Below, in pieces: positions 19,526 to 27,789 of a stretch of DNA of 64,000 bases. Both the position numbers and the translations under genes were made by a program. Every line of letters starts with the position of its first letter. Within the stretch, counting starts at the first letter, position 1. The notes beneath the pieces are model-generated. The model was given only the letters and a program-made list of their open reading frames with translations, made no database searches and was not told the DNA's origin. The DNA comes from a virus (taxonomy: Duplodnaviria > Caudoviricetes), in IMG/VR virus record IMGVR_UViG_3300029288_000111, positions 37,093-101,092 of that record. One strand, written 5' to 3'.

Positions 19526-20011
19526 GTGTGCGCTAACCGAGAAACATCCGAAGAGGTGCCTGCCACGACCCCCGCGTTCTGCTGGAAGGAGAGCCTGGAT
19601 CAGGACCCGCCATCCGAACAGGAGACGTTCTGGGGCATACGCCGCATGGGATTCGCGCGTGCCAAGCTGGACCCGGAGAAGTACGACCTCGCGGCCATCT
19701 ACATCGGTTCGCATGGACAGATGGTGGAACACGACCCGGAAGTCCATCGATATCGCCCCGTCCTGGAGGGAGTCATCCGCGGCTGTAACGACGACTCCGG
19801 GGAGATGCACACCCTGAAGACCGCGCTGGGCCTGTACCCGGTCGCCGTGCCCAAAGGCCAATCCTTGCGTCAGTTCTTGTCCTCCTGGACCGGCGTCAAC
19901 ACGTTCGAACTTTCCAATGCCCCGGAAGATCGCGTCGTCTGGGGCAATCCCCCGGAACTGGTTGAGCGCGCTCGCCAACTGGCGCTGTCCTGGCAGAAGC
20001 AGAAGCCCTAG
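19526..20011 (+). CDS. hypothetical protein, counter-oriented accessory cassette
   Basis: AAAGGAG RBS, own promoter, inserted in the tail operon. Confidence 0.75.
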   Translation: MCANRETSEEVPATTPAFCWKESLDQDPPSEQETFWGIRRMGFARAKLDPEKYDLAAIYIGSHGQMVEHDPEVHRYRPVLEGVIRGCNDDSGEMHTLKTALGLYPVAVPKGQSLRQFLSSWTGVNTFELSNAPEDRVVWGNPPELVERARQLALSWQKQKP

Positions 20012-22842
20012 CCCTTCGCCTGCTCGGAAGCCTGGTATCTCACATTGAGGTCGTGGAGCAACTCGTCCAGCGGACCCATGATGTCTTCCGCTATCTTCCC
20101 CTGGCGGCTCGTGCCCTGCTCCGCCTGCGACGCCATCCTGGACACCTCCTGCGCCGCGTCCGCCAGGTTCGCCATCGCCGCCGCGAAGCTGCCCGGTGTT
20201 CCCCGCCCCCGGCCCGCCGACGCGCCTCCACCTGCCACGCCCGCCCGCGGCCCCGCCGTCTCGATCCCCGGCCCCGCGCTCATCGCCGCCCCCACAATCG
20301 GCGCCGCGCCCCACACCCCGGGGCCCCCCGTGCCGGGCCAGTTCCGCACCCCGGGCATGACGGGCTGGCCCACGAGCTGTGCCATCCGCAGGAACCAGGG
20401 GAGCTGCGCCGCATTCGCCCCCATCATCGGGTTTGCGATCCCCCAGCCTGAGACGGCATCCGCAATCGCGAAGCCGCGCGCCTGAACGTCGAACGAGCCG
20501 GGCATCCCGAGGGCCTGCGAGACGAGCCGGTTCTCCCAACCATACGAGAGTTCAGTGAAGGTCTGAAACTGGCGCGTCGCCACATCCTGCCGCCGCTGCT
20601 GGATGATGAACTGCTGCTCCGGCGTGATCCCGCCCGGCTGCCGCCGCAGACCGGCCTCAATCGCCTCGATCTGGTAGCCCTCCTGCTCCAGGGTGCCCAT
20701 CACGCCCCGCAACGCCTGGCGCACGCTGCCGTAGCTGCCGGGCACCCGCGAGAGAATACCCGCCGAGAACACCGCCGCCGACTCCCGCATCTGCAACCCG
20801 ATGTCTACCGGCGCCCGCGCTGCGTTCGCTCGCGCCTCGACGGCCGCCGACTCCGCCTGCTCCCAGGCGAGGCGGTACTGCTCCAACTCCGGCCCCTCCA
20901 GCGTGCCGATTTTCGACTCGTAGCGCGCCCTGGCGCTCTGCGCGGCAATGTCGCTCTGACTGATCGCCCCGCCCAACTCTCCCATCCGCGCCTGGATCCC
21001 TGCTCCCGTCGCCCACATCCGGCCGGCGCGCGTCATACCGATCTGGGCACCCAACTCCGCCTCCCGCTGGGCGCCACCGTACCGCGCCTCCGATGCCTGA
21101 ACGCGGGCATACGTCTCCTGCTGGTGGAGAGAGTAGGTTTGGGTCTCCAACTCCGCGAGGATCCGGTCGAGCACCGAAACCGTCGCATCGTCGCCTTTGG
21201 CGACCGCTTGACTCCGCTGAAACTCCTTGATGTTGATGAGCCCCTCAAGCTCCATCCGCTCCTCGTGGGTGGCGCCGCGCGCCCGCCGCCACTGCTCTCC
21301 TGCCGTGGCGTAGGCGCCGATAGAGGTGTAGTATCCGGCCCCCGCGCGTGCGCGACCCGCCTGCGCGCCCGCGATCCCCCCAAACGTCGTGTACGTCGCC
21401 TCGCCACCCCGGAAGGCACCCGCCATCATCTGGCCCTGATACCGCTCGGTGTCGTCCTCGCTCATTCCGAAGAGCTGCCACGCCGCCGCATAGTCGCCCC
21501 GCGCCATCGCCTGCCGCGCGGCGTCCGCGAACGACGGCGTGCCGTTCATTGGCCACCAGGTCATCGTTTCGGGCGTGAACCGCTGCTGCAGATAGGTCTG
21601 GATGATGCTGCCCTGCAGCGGCACCGGTACGCCGCCGTTCTCCGGCGTGCGCCCGAACCGTGTCCATGCCTCGCGGGGAAGAGTCGCGCCGCCGAGGAGC
21701 GCCTGGCCGAGACCAGGGAAGATGGATTTGTTGGTGTTGATGAGATCCCATTCCCCACCAACAATGCCCTCCGGCACAATGCCCGCCCGGTCGATCCCCA
21801 TGAATGCGCCGACCTGGGTTGCATTCAGCCAGTCCGAAATTTTCTCCATCGGCGGACGCCAGATGGGAGCGAGGAACGGCGCCAAGATCCCCATGAGCCC
21901 CGAAGAGCGCTGAGCGGCGTTCATCGAGGTGGCGTTCAGCCCCACATCCACGCCCGTGCCGATGGCCTGAACCGCCTGCTGCGCCGCCTGCACGGCCGCG
22001 ACGCCCGCAACCGCCCCGATCGCTCCCTGGATGCCACCCGAAGCGAGACCACCGAGCATCTGATTCCAGGTGCCCCCACCCCTGGATGGCTGCTGGTAGC
22101 CCATGTAGGTCGCGAACCCGCCACTTGCGTCTCCGGTGGCCACCGCCGCCTGCCATCTCTCGTGGTGAACCGACATCCAGTCGGCGCGCGGCAGCACATA
22201 CTCCGGCCCGACGGCCCCCGTGGTGTGGGTCCGGTACGCCTCGTACTGCTTCCGGAAGAATCTCTCTTCCCCGGTCATATCGGCGCCGGCCATCCGCCGG
22301 AACGTCGCATCCTCGTGCTCGCGCACCCGCTGCTGCAGCAGGTCGAGGTTCAGTTCCGCCCGCTGCTGAGATGCCATGACGATGGCGTCGGCCGCCGCTT
22401 GGCGCACTTCGGGGGTGGCATACCGGCCCGGCTGGAAATACCCCCCGCGCCCCCAACCTGCCCCACCGCCATCCCCACCTGCCGCGCCCGGCACAATGCC
22501 GCCCTGCGCGTTGACCACGACCGTGGCCGTCGTCACGGTCACGCTCTGCGCGCTGATGGTGATCGACTGGGCCGTGATGGATGAGGAGAACGAGGTGCCG
22601 CTCTGAGGCCCCTGGGCGAACCAGGGAGTCGTCTGCGACTGCGGCCCGGCAGGAGAGCCGTAGGGGGCGAATGAGGCGGGCGGCCCGCCGATGTTCGAGA
22701 GGGCGACCGAGCCGCCGGCGGCGTTCCCGTTGGGCGCCAGGATCTCGCGGATCTGGCTGCTGACCGAACGCAGGTCCGAAATCAGCGCGTCGCGATTGGT
22801 CAGTTCGAACTCGATCCCGACCTTGGCAGATTGCTGCAGCAT
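20008..22842 (-). CDS. tape measure-like protein
   Basis: 944 aa Ala/Gly/Gln-rich, helical; lies after tube/chaperone and before tail tip genes. Confidence 0.7.
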   Translation of the reverse strand: MLQQSAKVGIEFELTNRDALISDLRSVSSQIREILAPNGNAAGGSVALSNIGGPPASFAPYGSPAGPQSQTTPWFAQGPQSGTSFSSSITAQSITISAQSVTVTTATVVVNAQGGIVPGAAGGDGGGAGWGRGGYFQPGRYATPEVRQAAADAIVMASQQRAELNLDLLQQRVREHEDATFRRMAGADMTGEERFFRKQYEAYRTHTTGAVGPEYVLPRADWMSVHHERWQAAVATGDASGGFATYMGYQQPSRGGGTWNQMLGGLASGGIQGAIGAVAGVAAVQAAQQAVQAIGTGVDVGLNATSMNAAQRSSGLMGILAPFLAPIWRPPMEKISDWLNATQVGAFMGIDRAGIVPEGIVGGEWDLINTNKSIFPGLGQALLGGATLPREAWTRFGRTPENGGVPVPLQGSIIQTYLQQRFTPETMTWWPMNGTPSFADAARQAMARGDYAAAWQLFGMSEDDTERYQGQMMAGAFRGGEATYTTFGGIAGAQAGRARAGAGYYTSIGAYATAGEQWRRARGATHEERMELEGLINIKEFQRSQAVAKGDDATVSVLDRILAELETQTYSLHQQETYARVQASEARYGGAQREAELGAQIGMTRAGRMWATGAGIQARMGELGGAISQSDIAAQSARARYESKIGTLEGPELEQYRLAWEQAESAAVEARANAARAPVDIGLQMRESAAVFSAGILSRVPGSYGSVRQALRGVMGTLEQEGYQIEAIEAGLRRQPGGITPEQQFIIQQRRQDVATRQFQTFTELSYGWENRLVSQALGMPGSFDVQARGFAIADAVSGWGIANPMMGANAAQLPWFLRMAQLVGQPVMPGVRNWPGTGGPGVWGAAPIVGAAMSAGPGIETAGPRAGVAGGGASAGRGRGTPGSFAAAMANLADAAQEVSRMASQAEQGTSRQGKIAEDIMGPLDELLHDLNVRYQASEQAKG

Positions 22843-22944
22843 GGCACCCCCCGAATCAGAAGGGGCGCCTCCAACGGCGCCCCGTACATGCGAAAGGCCG
22901 GGTCTAGACCCGGCCTATACTATACTCAGAGTCAAGACTCCAGA

Positions 22945-23427
22945 TTACTGCCTCGTGAAGACCACGTCAAAGCGATCCAGGGGAGAGGTTGACTCGCCAC
23001 GCACGAGCGATCCCTGCAAACTCGATCCGCTGACAGACCCTTGGAGCCGCCAAACGTCGGCGATGAGATCCACCCGTGAGCCGCGCAGATAGCCGGTCTG
23101 GATCTGATAGCGGTCACGCCATGGCACCACCACCAGCGTTCCCTTCACCTGGTTCGCAGACTGGACAAGAACGAGTTCGAACATCCGCTGGCCATTGCGC
23201 CAGCACACCCAGCTCCCCGTCACATCCACCGCCCCGGCCGGCGGTGTACTCGCCGCTGCCGGCGGCTCCACCGCGGGAGGAGCATCGGGTGCGGGTTGCA
23301 CCGGCGTTACCGGCGCCACCCGCTGCCCCGGCGTTACCGGCATCACCGGCTGCGTCCGCACCCTCTCGCAACCGGCCAGCAGCACGAGCAGACATATCCC
23401 GACCCAGAGCAAACGAGTGTTCACCAT
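22945..23427 (-). CDS. lipoprotein
   Basis: Signal peptide with lipobox LLAG-C, Pro-rich linker, beta-rich C-terminal domain. Confidence 0.75.
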   Translation of the reverse strand: MVNTRLLWVGICLLVLLAGCERVRTQPVMPVTPGQRVAPVTPVQPAPDAPPAVEPPAAASTPPAGAVDVTGSWVCWRNGQRMFELVLVQSANQVKGTLVVVPWRDRYQIQTGYLRGSRVDLIADVWRLQGSVSGSSLQGSLVRGESTSPLDRFDVVFTRQ

Positions 23428-23452
23428 CCGCGTAACCCCTTCCGCTATAGGA

Positions 23453-23659
23453 CTACGCGGAGGCCTGAGATGTTCCCGCTCGGGCCTCCCGGCGTGCGGC
23501 AGCGATCTCCCGCTCGATCTCCTCGGGCGAGAGCCCGGAACGCCGTGCGTTCGCCCAGGCGCGTTCGACGATCTCCTGGAGGCCCTCCCACGCCTGTTCA
23601 CGCTCCCGTGGGAGAGAGTTTGATATCACAATCTGTGATTTCAAAACATCCTCTTTCAT
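23453..23659 (-). CDS. small hypothetical protein with palindrome-encoded LKSQIVISN motif
   Basis: GAGGGG RBS; helical 68 aa. Confidence 0.55.
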   Translation of the reverse strand: MKEDVLKSQIVISNSLPREREQAWEGLQEIVERAWANARRSGLSPEEIEREIAAARREARAGTSQASA

Positions 23660-23700
23660 GTTCGCCCCTCGCGTTCACCGGCTCCCGACGAACACTGTAC

Positions 23701-25089
23701 TCATACCCGTCCACCCGCTGCACGACGCGGATCTCCTTCTGGCTCCTCGGGCTGTAACTGCGCTTCGTGCCATCGGGATAGGAGACGATCCCCTTGCCCG
23801 CCCGTCGCCTCCAACCTGGAAACCCGCCCACACCGGCCCCGGAACAGCACCATATCGCCGGTGCCGAAGTGGAAGCGCCGCTTCCACCGCCTGGCCGTCA
23901 TCGGCAGGCCGTCCTTCCCCAGACGGGGAAAACCGGGAGCGCGATACCGCCGCAGTCCGCGGTCTCCATGCCCCTTGGCAGTCGCGAAGAGAACCCACAC
24001 CTCCCGCGCCCCTCGCTTGACCGACAGGAGCGGCGCCTCGCTCCAGGCATACGCCGAGCGACCGACACAAAGAGCATCCAGCGAATGTGTCTTCGCCAAG
24101 CGGAACTGATCCCGAACGAAGTGCGTCATCCCGCCCGAGCCGGTTTCCAGGGGCAAGCCCATGCGCCGGATCCGGGCACAGAGATCGGTCCGCGCCGAGT
24201 TTACCGCCGCCGCGTCTTTATACGACTTACCCACCTGCGCTTGCACATCGGGGTGCCCAAACTCTACCGCCGTCCGGTTCTTCTTGGCCTGGTTGCACGG
24301 TCCGCAGGCGATGGTGAGATTGCTCACCCGATTGGTTCCGTCCCTGCCTTTCGGAATGATGTGCTCCACCTGAAGCGGCCCCGGAAACTTCTTGTTGCAG
24401 TAGGAGCAGCGGTGGTGGAACTTGTAGAGAAGATACTGCTTCAACTCGTAGCCGGCGAGGGTGCCGCGTTGATACTCCATCCCCTTGATGTCCGGCTTCT
24501 CCATCTTCTGGGTGTCGAAGCGCACCGCCTCGACCGATATTCCCGTCACCGGCGCCCACCGGCACAACCGCTCAATCCACGAAACCTGCGAAAGGACCCG
24601 CGCCTTCACCGCCGGAGACAGCCAGCGCCCGCGCGTGTCCTCGCCGTTGTGCCGCACGCCCTTGTGGCGCCAGCACCAGTCCTTGCCACTTCTGGCGTTC
24701 TGCCCGCAGATGTGGCACTTCACGCGCGGGCGGTTCCTGAAGCGCCGGGGGCGGTAGCGGCGATACTTGTTGCGGCGCATCCGGCGCCAGTTCCGACGCT
24801 GCTGCATCTTCTTGTGAATGCCCCGGCGGTGCTCAATCTCCATCAGCGCCAGGGCGCGCGGTCGGTTCCCGCCTTCTCGGACGACGGCCAGTCCAGTTGC
24901 CTTCGATCCCGGATCCAGCTTCACCCGCACCGACTGCAACTCGCTCTCTTCCACCGTTCGGTCCGCCAACCGGATCACGAAGGGGGAGCGGCGGTGAACA
25001 CGCGCCCGGCCCCTCTCCAGGAGGAGTCGCGCCCGCTTCTCCGTGCAGGGCATCAGCGGATTCTGATGTTTGTCCAGAACGTAGACCAT
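23701..25089 (-). CDS. iscB: IscB RNA-guided endonuclease (C-terminus appears frameshifted)
   Basis: PLMP, RuvC-I LDPGS, Arg-rich bridge helix, RuvC-II VEAVRFD, HNH CSYC..EHIIP..GTN..NL..C..CN, RuvC-III HSLDA. Confidence 0.95.
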   Translation of the reverse strand: MVYVLDKHQNPLMPCTEKRARLLLERGRARVHRRSPFVIRLADRTVEESELQSVRVKLDPGSKATGLAVVREGGNRPRALALMEIEHRRGIHKKMQQRRNWRRMRRNKYRRYRPRRFRNRPRVKCHICGQNARSGKDWCWRHKGVRHNGEDTRGRWLSPAVKARVLSQVSWIERLCRWAPVTGISVEAVRFDTQKMEKPDIKGMEYQRGTLAGYELKQYLLYKFHHRCSYCNKKFPGPLQVEHIIPKGRDGTNRVSNLTIACGPCNQAKKNRTAVEFGHPDVQAQVGKSYKDAAAVNSARTDLCARIRRMGLPLETGSGGMTHFVRDQFRLAKTHSLDALCVGRSAYAWSEAPLLSVKRGAREVWVLFATAKGHGDRGLRRYRAPGFPRLGKDGLPMTARRWKRRFHFGTGDMVLFRGRCGRVSRLEATGGQGDRLLSRWHEAQLQPEEPEGDPRRAAGGRV

Positions 25090-25091
25090 CT

Positions 25092-25398
25092 TCTTGTCCT
25101 TACGGACCTTGTGACGGTGGCGGTTGGCATCCCGCCACGCTCACCACGCCCATGTCAACCGGCAGTCCGGCATTGAGCCATGTCGCGTTCCGTTTCGTGG
25201 CCTCTCAACCATTGTCTACAAGTACCTTTCGGTACGAACGCGACTTCGAGAGGGTCAGGCTGGTGAAGCACCGACCGTCGGTTTTAGACATCCGGCCAAC
25301 GTAGCTCACGGCCCGAAGGCCGCTTCAGCGGTTGTTACTCCCGCCTCCTCATCTGCCTTGCCATCGGCATCGGTGGCTCGGGCTAGTTCGCAGTTGAC
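25092..25398 (-). ncRNA. omegaRNA (HEARO-like) scaffold; 5' boundary uncertain
   Basis: Non-coding interval 5' of iscB with CTACGTT, TGCTTCACCAGC pairing to GGCGTGGTGAGC, GACATGG, GTCAAC at 25398, several hairpins. Confidence 0.85.
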
Positions 25399-25447
25399 AG
25401 ACTTTTCAGCCCGCGCGCTTCAACTCGGAATCCGCATCGCGCAAGGA

Positions 25448-25820
25448 GTCGCAACGGACTCCGAATAGAAGCGGAGAGTGCGACGTTCTGGCGGGATGCA
25501 CGCCCCGAAGATCCTCCGTCGCAACGGACTCCGAATAGAAGCGGAGAGTGCGACGTTTCACGCCGCCGCTCCGATCCTGACCGGGCGAGTCGCAACGGAC
25601 TCCGAATAGAAGCGGAGAGTGCGACCCTCGTTTCATGCCGATACCGGCAGGTGCCGGCTGTCGCAACGGACTCCGAATAGAAGCGGAGAGTGCGACTCGG
25701 CGCTGTGATCGTGCCGCCCCTCCTGCCGGCGTCGCAACGGACTCCGAATAGAATCGGAGAGTGCGACTCCCAACCGTTCTGGCGTCGCAACGGACTCCGA
25801 ATCGGAACGAAGAGTGCGAC
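25448..25820. CRISPR. CRISPR mini-array: 6 x 37-bp repeats, 5 spacers (33, 34, 34, 34, 16 bp)
   Basis: GTCGCAACGGACTCCGAATAGAAGCGGAGAGTGCGAC at 25448, 25518, 25589, 25660; variants at 25731 and 25784; unique spacers; no cas1/cas2/cas6 recognised in window. Confidence 0.95.
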
Positions 25821-25855
25821 TGACACTCACCGCCGTTATCCCCTTCCACCCTAGA

Positions 25856-25881
25856 TAACGCTCGATGGCCGCGAGCGTTCC
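25856..25881 (-). promoter_or_regulatory. ECF-type promoter pointing into CRISPR array and iscB
   Basis: GGAAC gctcgcggccatcgag CGTTATC. Confidence 0.8.
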
Positions 25882-25900
25882 CACTTTTTTTCAAGGCGTT

Positions 25901-25969
25901 TTGAGATGCCGATTTGGCACCTCAAAGGTGACAATCTGTTACCTTTGAGGTCACAATCTGTGACCTCAA
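25901..25969. repeat. three interlocked 25-27-bp palindromes (related copy at 23620-23644)
   Basis: TTGAGATGCC-GATTT-GGCACCTCAA; TCAAAGGTGAC-AATCT-GTTACCTTTGA; TTGAGGTCAC-AATCT-GTGACCTCAA. Confidence 0.8.
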
Positions 25970-26140
25970 GATTCAGCGTGGCCTGCCGCCGTCGTTCCCA
26001 CCCGCCGCGACCCGGCGGGCCGGCCGTCAACGTGGGCTTCCCCGGTCGTTTGAGTGACTCGCACACGAATACGTCGCGTGCTGATCCCACGCGGCATACG
26101 CTCGGCGCGGGGGCGGGCTCCCACCGCCAGGCGGCCACGC

Positions 26141-26353
26141 TCAGACCTCCCGCACCCGCCGCAGCGTCCTCCCCGGCACCACGACGAACGATCCGTCACC
26201 GAACTCCACCAGCACGTTCCGAGGCCCGGGCCCGCCGCTCCAGACCACCGCACGGCACTCCTGGCCGTAACGGCCGTTCCCCAGCGGGAAACTCGGATCC
26301 CAGGACGAGCGCCCGGCGCGGGCCACGTAACGGTAACGGCGATCAGGTTCCAT
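26141..26353 (-). CDS. small hypothetical protein
   Basis: Coupled ORF; RNVLVEFGDG..VVVP. Confidence 0.6.
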   Translation of the reverse strand: MEPDRRYRYVARAGRSSWDPSFPLGNGRYGQECRAVVWSGGPGPRNVLVEFGDGSFVVVPGRTLRRVREV

Positions 26354-26792
26354 CGTCTTCCGGGAACCCCGGCAGGAGCCGCGCCTTCGCGAAATCCCGC
26401 CGCCATCCCTTGAGCATCCCGAACCGCTCCCAGTACTCCACGACCTCCAGATCCTCGCAGTTCATCGAATCGCCGGTGCAGCCGTGGGCAGGCGGGTCGC
26501 CGTAGTGGATGCCGTCTTGGTACACGCCGCCCTTCGCGATCTGCTCCGCGAGGGTCGGGAACGGCTTGTCGGATTCCGCCCACTGGACTTTCTGCATCAA
26601 CCCCCAGGAAATCGCCACGAGGAACTCCTGCAGGCACGCCTGGCAGCGAATCCGCACCAGGGCGATCTCGTCGCAGTAGATATCATGGGCCATCGCAGGC
26701 TCGAATGGAGCATAGCGCGGCACCCCGGCCTCGTCGTACCAGTCGGGTTTCCGGTCCGTCAGCGCCTTGATGTCCTCGTAGAGAGCGTTCAC
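26343..26792 (-). CDS. conserved phage hypothetical protein
   Basis: WYDEAGVPRYAPF, CQAC, HYGDPP.H.C; own promoter and RBS. Confidence 0.75.
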   Translation of the reverse strand: MNALYEDIKALTDRKPDWYDEAGVPRYAPFEPAMAHDIYCDEIALVRIRCQACLQEFLVAISWGLMQKVQWAESDKPFPTLAEQIAKGGVYQDGIHYGDPPAHGCTGDSMNCEDLEVVEYWERFGMLKGWRRDFAKARLLPGFPEDDGT

Positions 26793-26814
26793 TCGGTCTC
26801 CCCTTCCTCCTCTG

Positions 26815-27741
26815 CTAACGCTCCACTCGCCGAATCGTTCCCGCTCCCTTCGCCCGGGCCACCTTCCGCATCGCCATCGCGAAATCCCACGCCGCCATCG
26901 CCTTGACTTCCTCCTTGGTCCACGTATCGGGGTCCTTGGAGATGCACGCCGGCCGCGGCGGCACCGGCGGCAGCGGCGGCGGCAGCGCCTTTCGCAGGTG
27001 CATCTCCTCGCGGATCTCGGGGAGCTTGCGCAGCAGCAGATCGCGCGCCCGGAACAGCCGAGTGCGCACGGTCGCGGGCGAGACGCCGATCCTCTCGGCT
27101 GCCTCCGACGGCTCCAGCCCCTCCATCCACACCAGCCGTGCCGTCTGGCGGAACGGCTCCGGAAACGCGGAGACGGCCCGCATGATCGCCGTCATCATCT
27201 CACGGCTCACCACGTGCTGCTCGGGGGTCATCCCGGCCGCTGCCAGGATGTCACTCAGCACGCCCCCATCCTCGCCCCCGAGCGGCGCGTCGAGGCTCTC
27301 CAGGGATGGCTGCCGGTTCCGCTGTCTCCCCAAGTCGCGCCATTTGTTCCTCGCAATCGTGAACGTCCACGCGCGGAAGTTCCTCACTTCGGCATCCTCC
27401 TCGCTCTCATCCTCTTTCTGGCTGGCGAGCGGGTCGAACTGCTCCAGCCCGCCCCACGCCGCGGCGAGGGTATCCTGCACCAGGTCGGCGGCATCATCCT
27501 CGCTCAGGCCGTGCTTGCGCGCCCAGCCGAACAGTTCCTGTTCCACCGCCTCATGCCACTCCTCGAACCGCCGCGTGCGCTCCGCGTCGGAGACGTGCCG
27601 CCAGTAGCCCTCGGCACCCGGCTCGCGAGTCCATTGCCCGCCCTCCGCGCTGCCCTTCGGCACGCGCGGCTCCTCACGCCATCCCTTCAACAGCCGCGAC
27701 GCCAGGATGTCACACGCAATCGCCTTCGCCAATCGGCTCAT
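26815..27741 (-). CDS. ECF-type RNA polymerase sigma factor with N- and C-terminal extensions
   Basis: Region 2 DAADLVQDT..F..W.FTIARNKWRD; region 4 FRQTARL..EGL..EAAERIGVSPATVRTRLFRAR. Confidence 0.92.
   Translation of the reverse strand: MSRLAKAIACDILASRLLKGWREEPRVPKGSAEGGQWTREPGAEGYWRHVSDAERTRRFEEWHEAVEQELFGWARKHGLSEDDAADLVQDTLAAAWGGLEQFDPLASQKEDESEEDAEVRNFRAWTFTIARNKWRDLGRQRNRQPSLESLDAPLGGEDGGVLSDILAAAGMTPEQHVVSREMMTAIMRAVSAFPEPFRQTARLVWMEGLEPSEAAERIGVSPATVRTRLFRARDLLLRKLPEIREEMHLRKALPPPLPPVPPRPACISKDPDTWTKEEVKAMAAWDFAMAMRKVARAKGAGTIRRVER
26816..26841 (-). promoter_or_regulatory. ECF-type promoter overlapping the sigma gene stop codon
   Basis: GGAAC gattcggcgagtggag CGTTAGC. Confidence 0.75.
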
Positions 27742-27757
27742 GGCTCTCTCCTATAGA

Positions 27758-27783
27758 TAACGACGAAACGCGCGGAGCGTTCC
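27758..27783 (-). promoter_or_regulatory. ECF-type promoter upstream of the sigma gene
   Basis: GGAAC gctccgcgcgtttcgt CGTTATC, then AGGAG and ATG 27741. Confidence 0.82.
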
Positions 27784-27789
27784 CGGAAT

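Noticed and set aside
25128-25499. 11-nt match TGGCGGGATGC between spacer 1 and the omegaRNA 3' hairpin; 8-nt overlap between spacers 1 and 5
   Set aside because: Too short in GC-rich DNA to distinguish from chance
25485-25783. Self-targeting of spacers within the window
   Set aside because: No full-length match noticed by eye; an alignment is needed to exclude it
25383-25894. ORFs reading through the CRISPR array
   Set aside because: Products are translated repeats (VALSASIRSPLR etc.); the minus-strand repeat simply lacks stop codons
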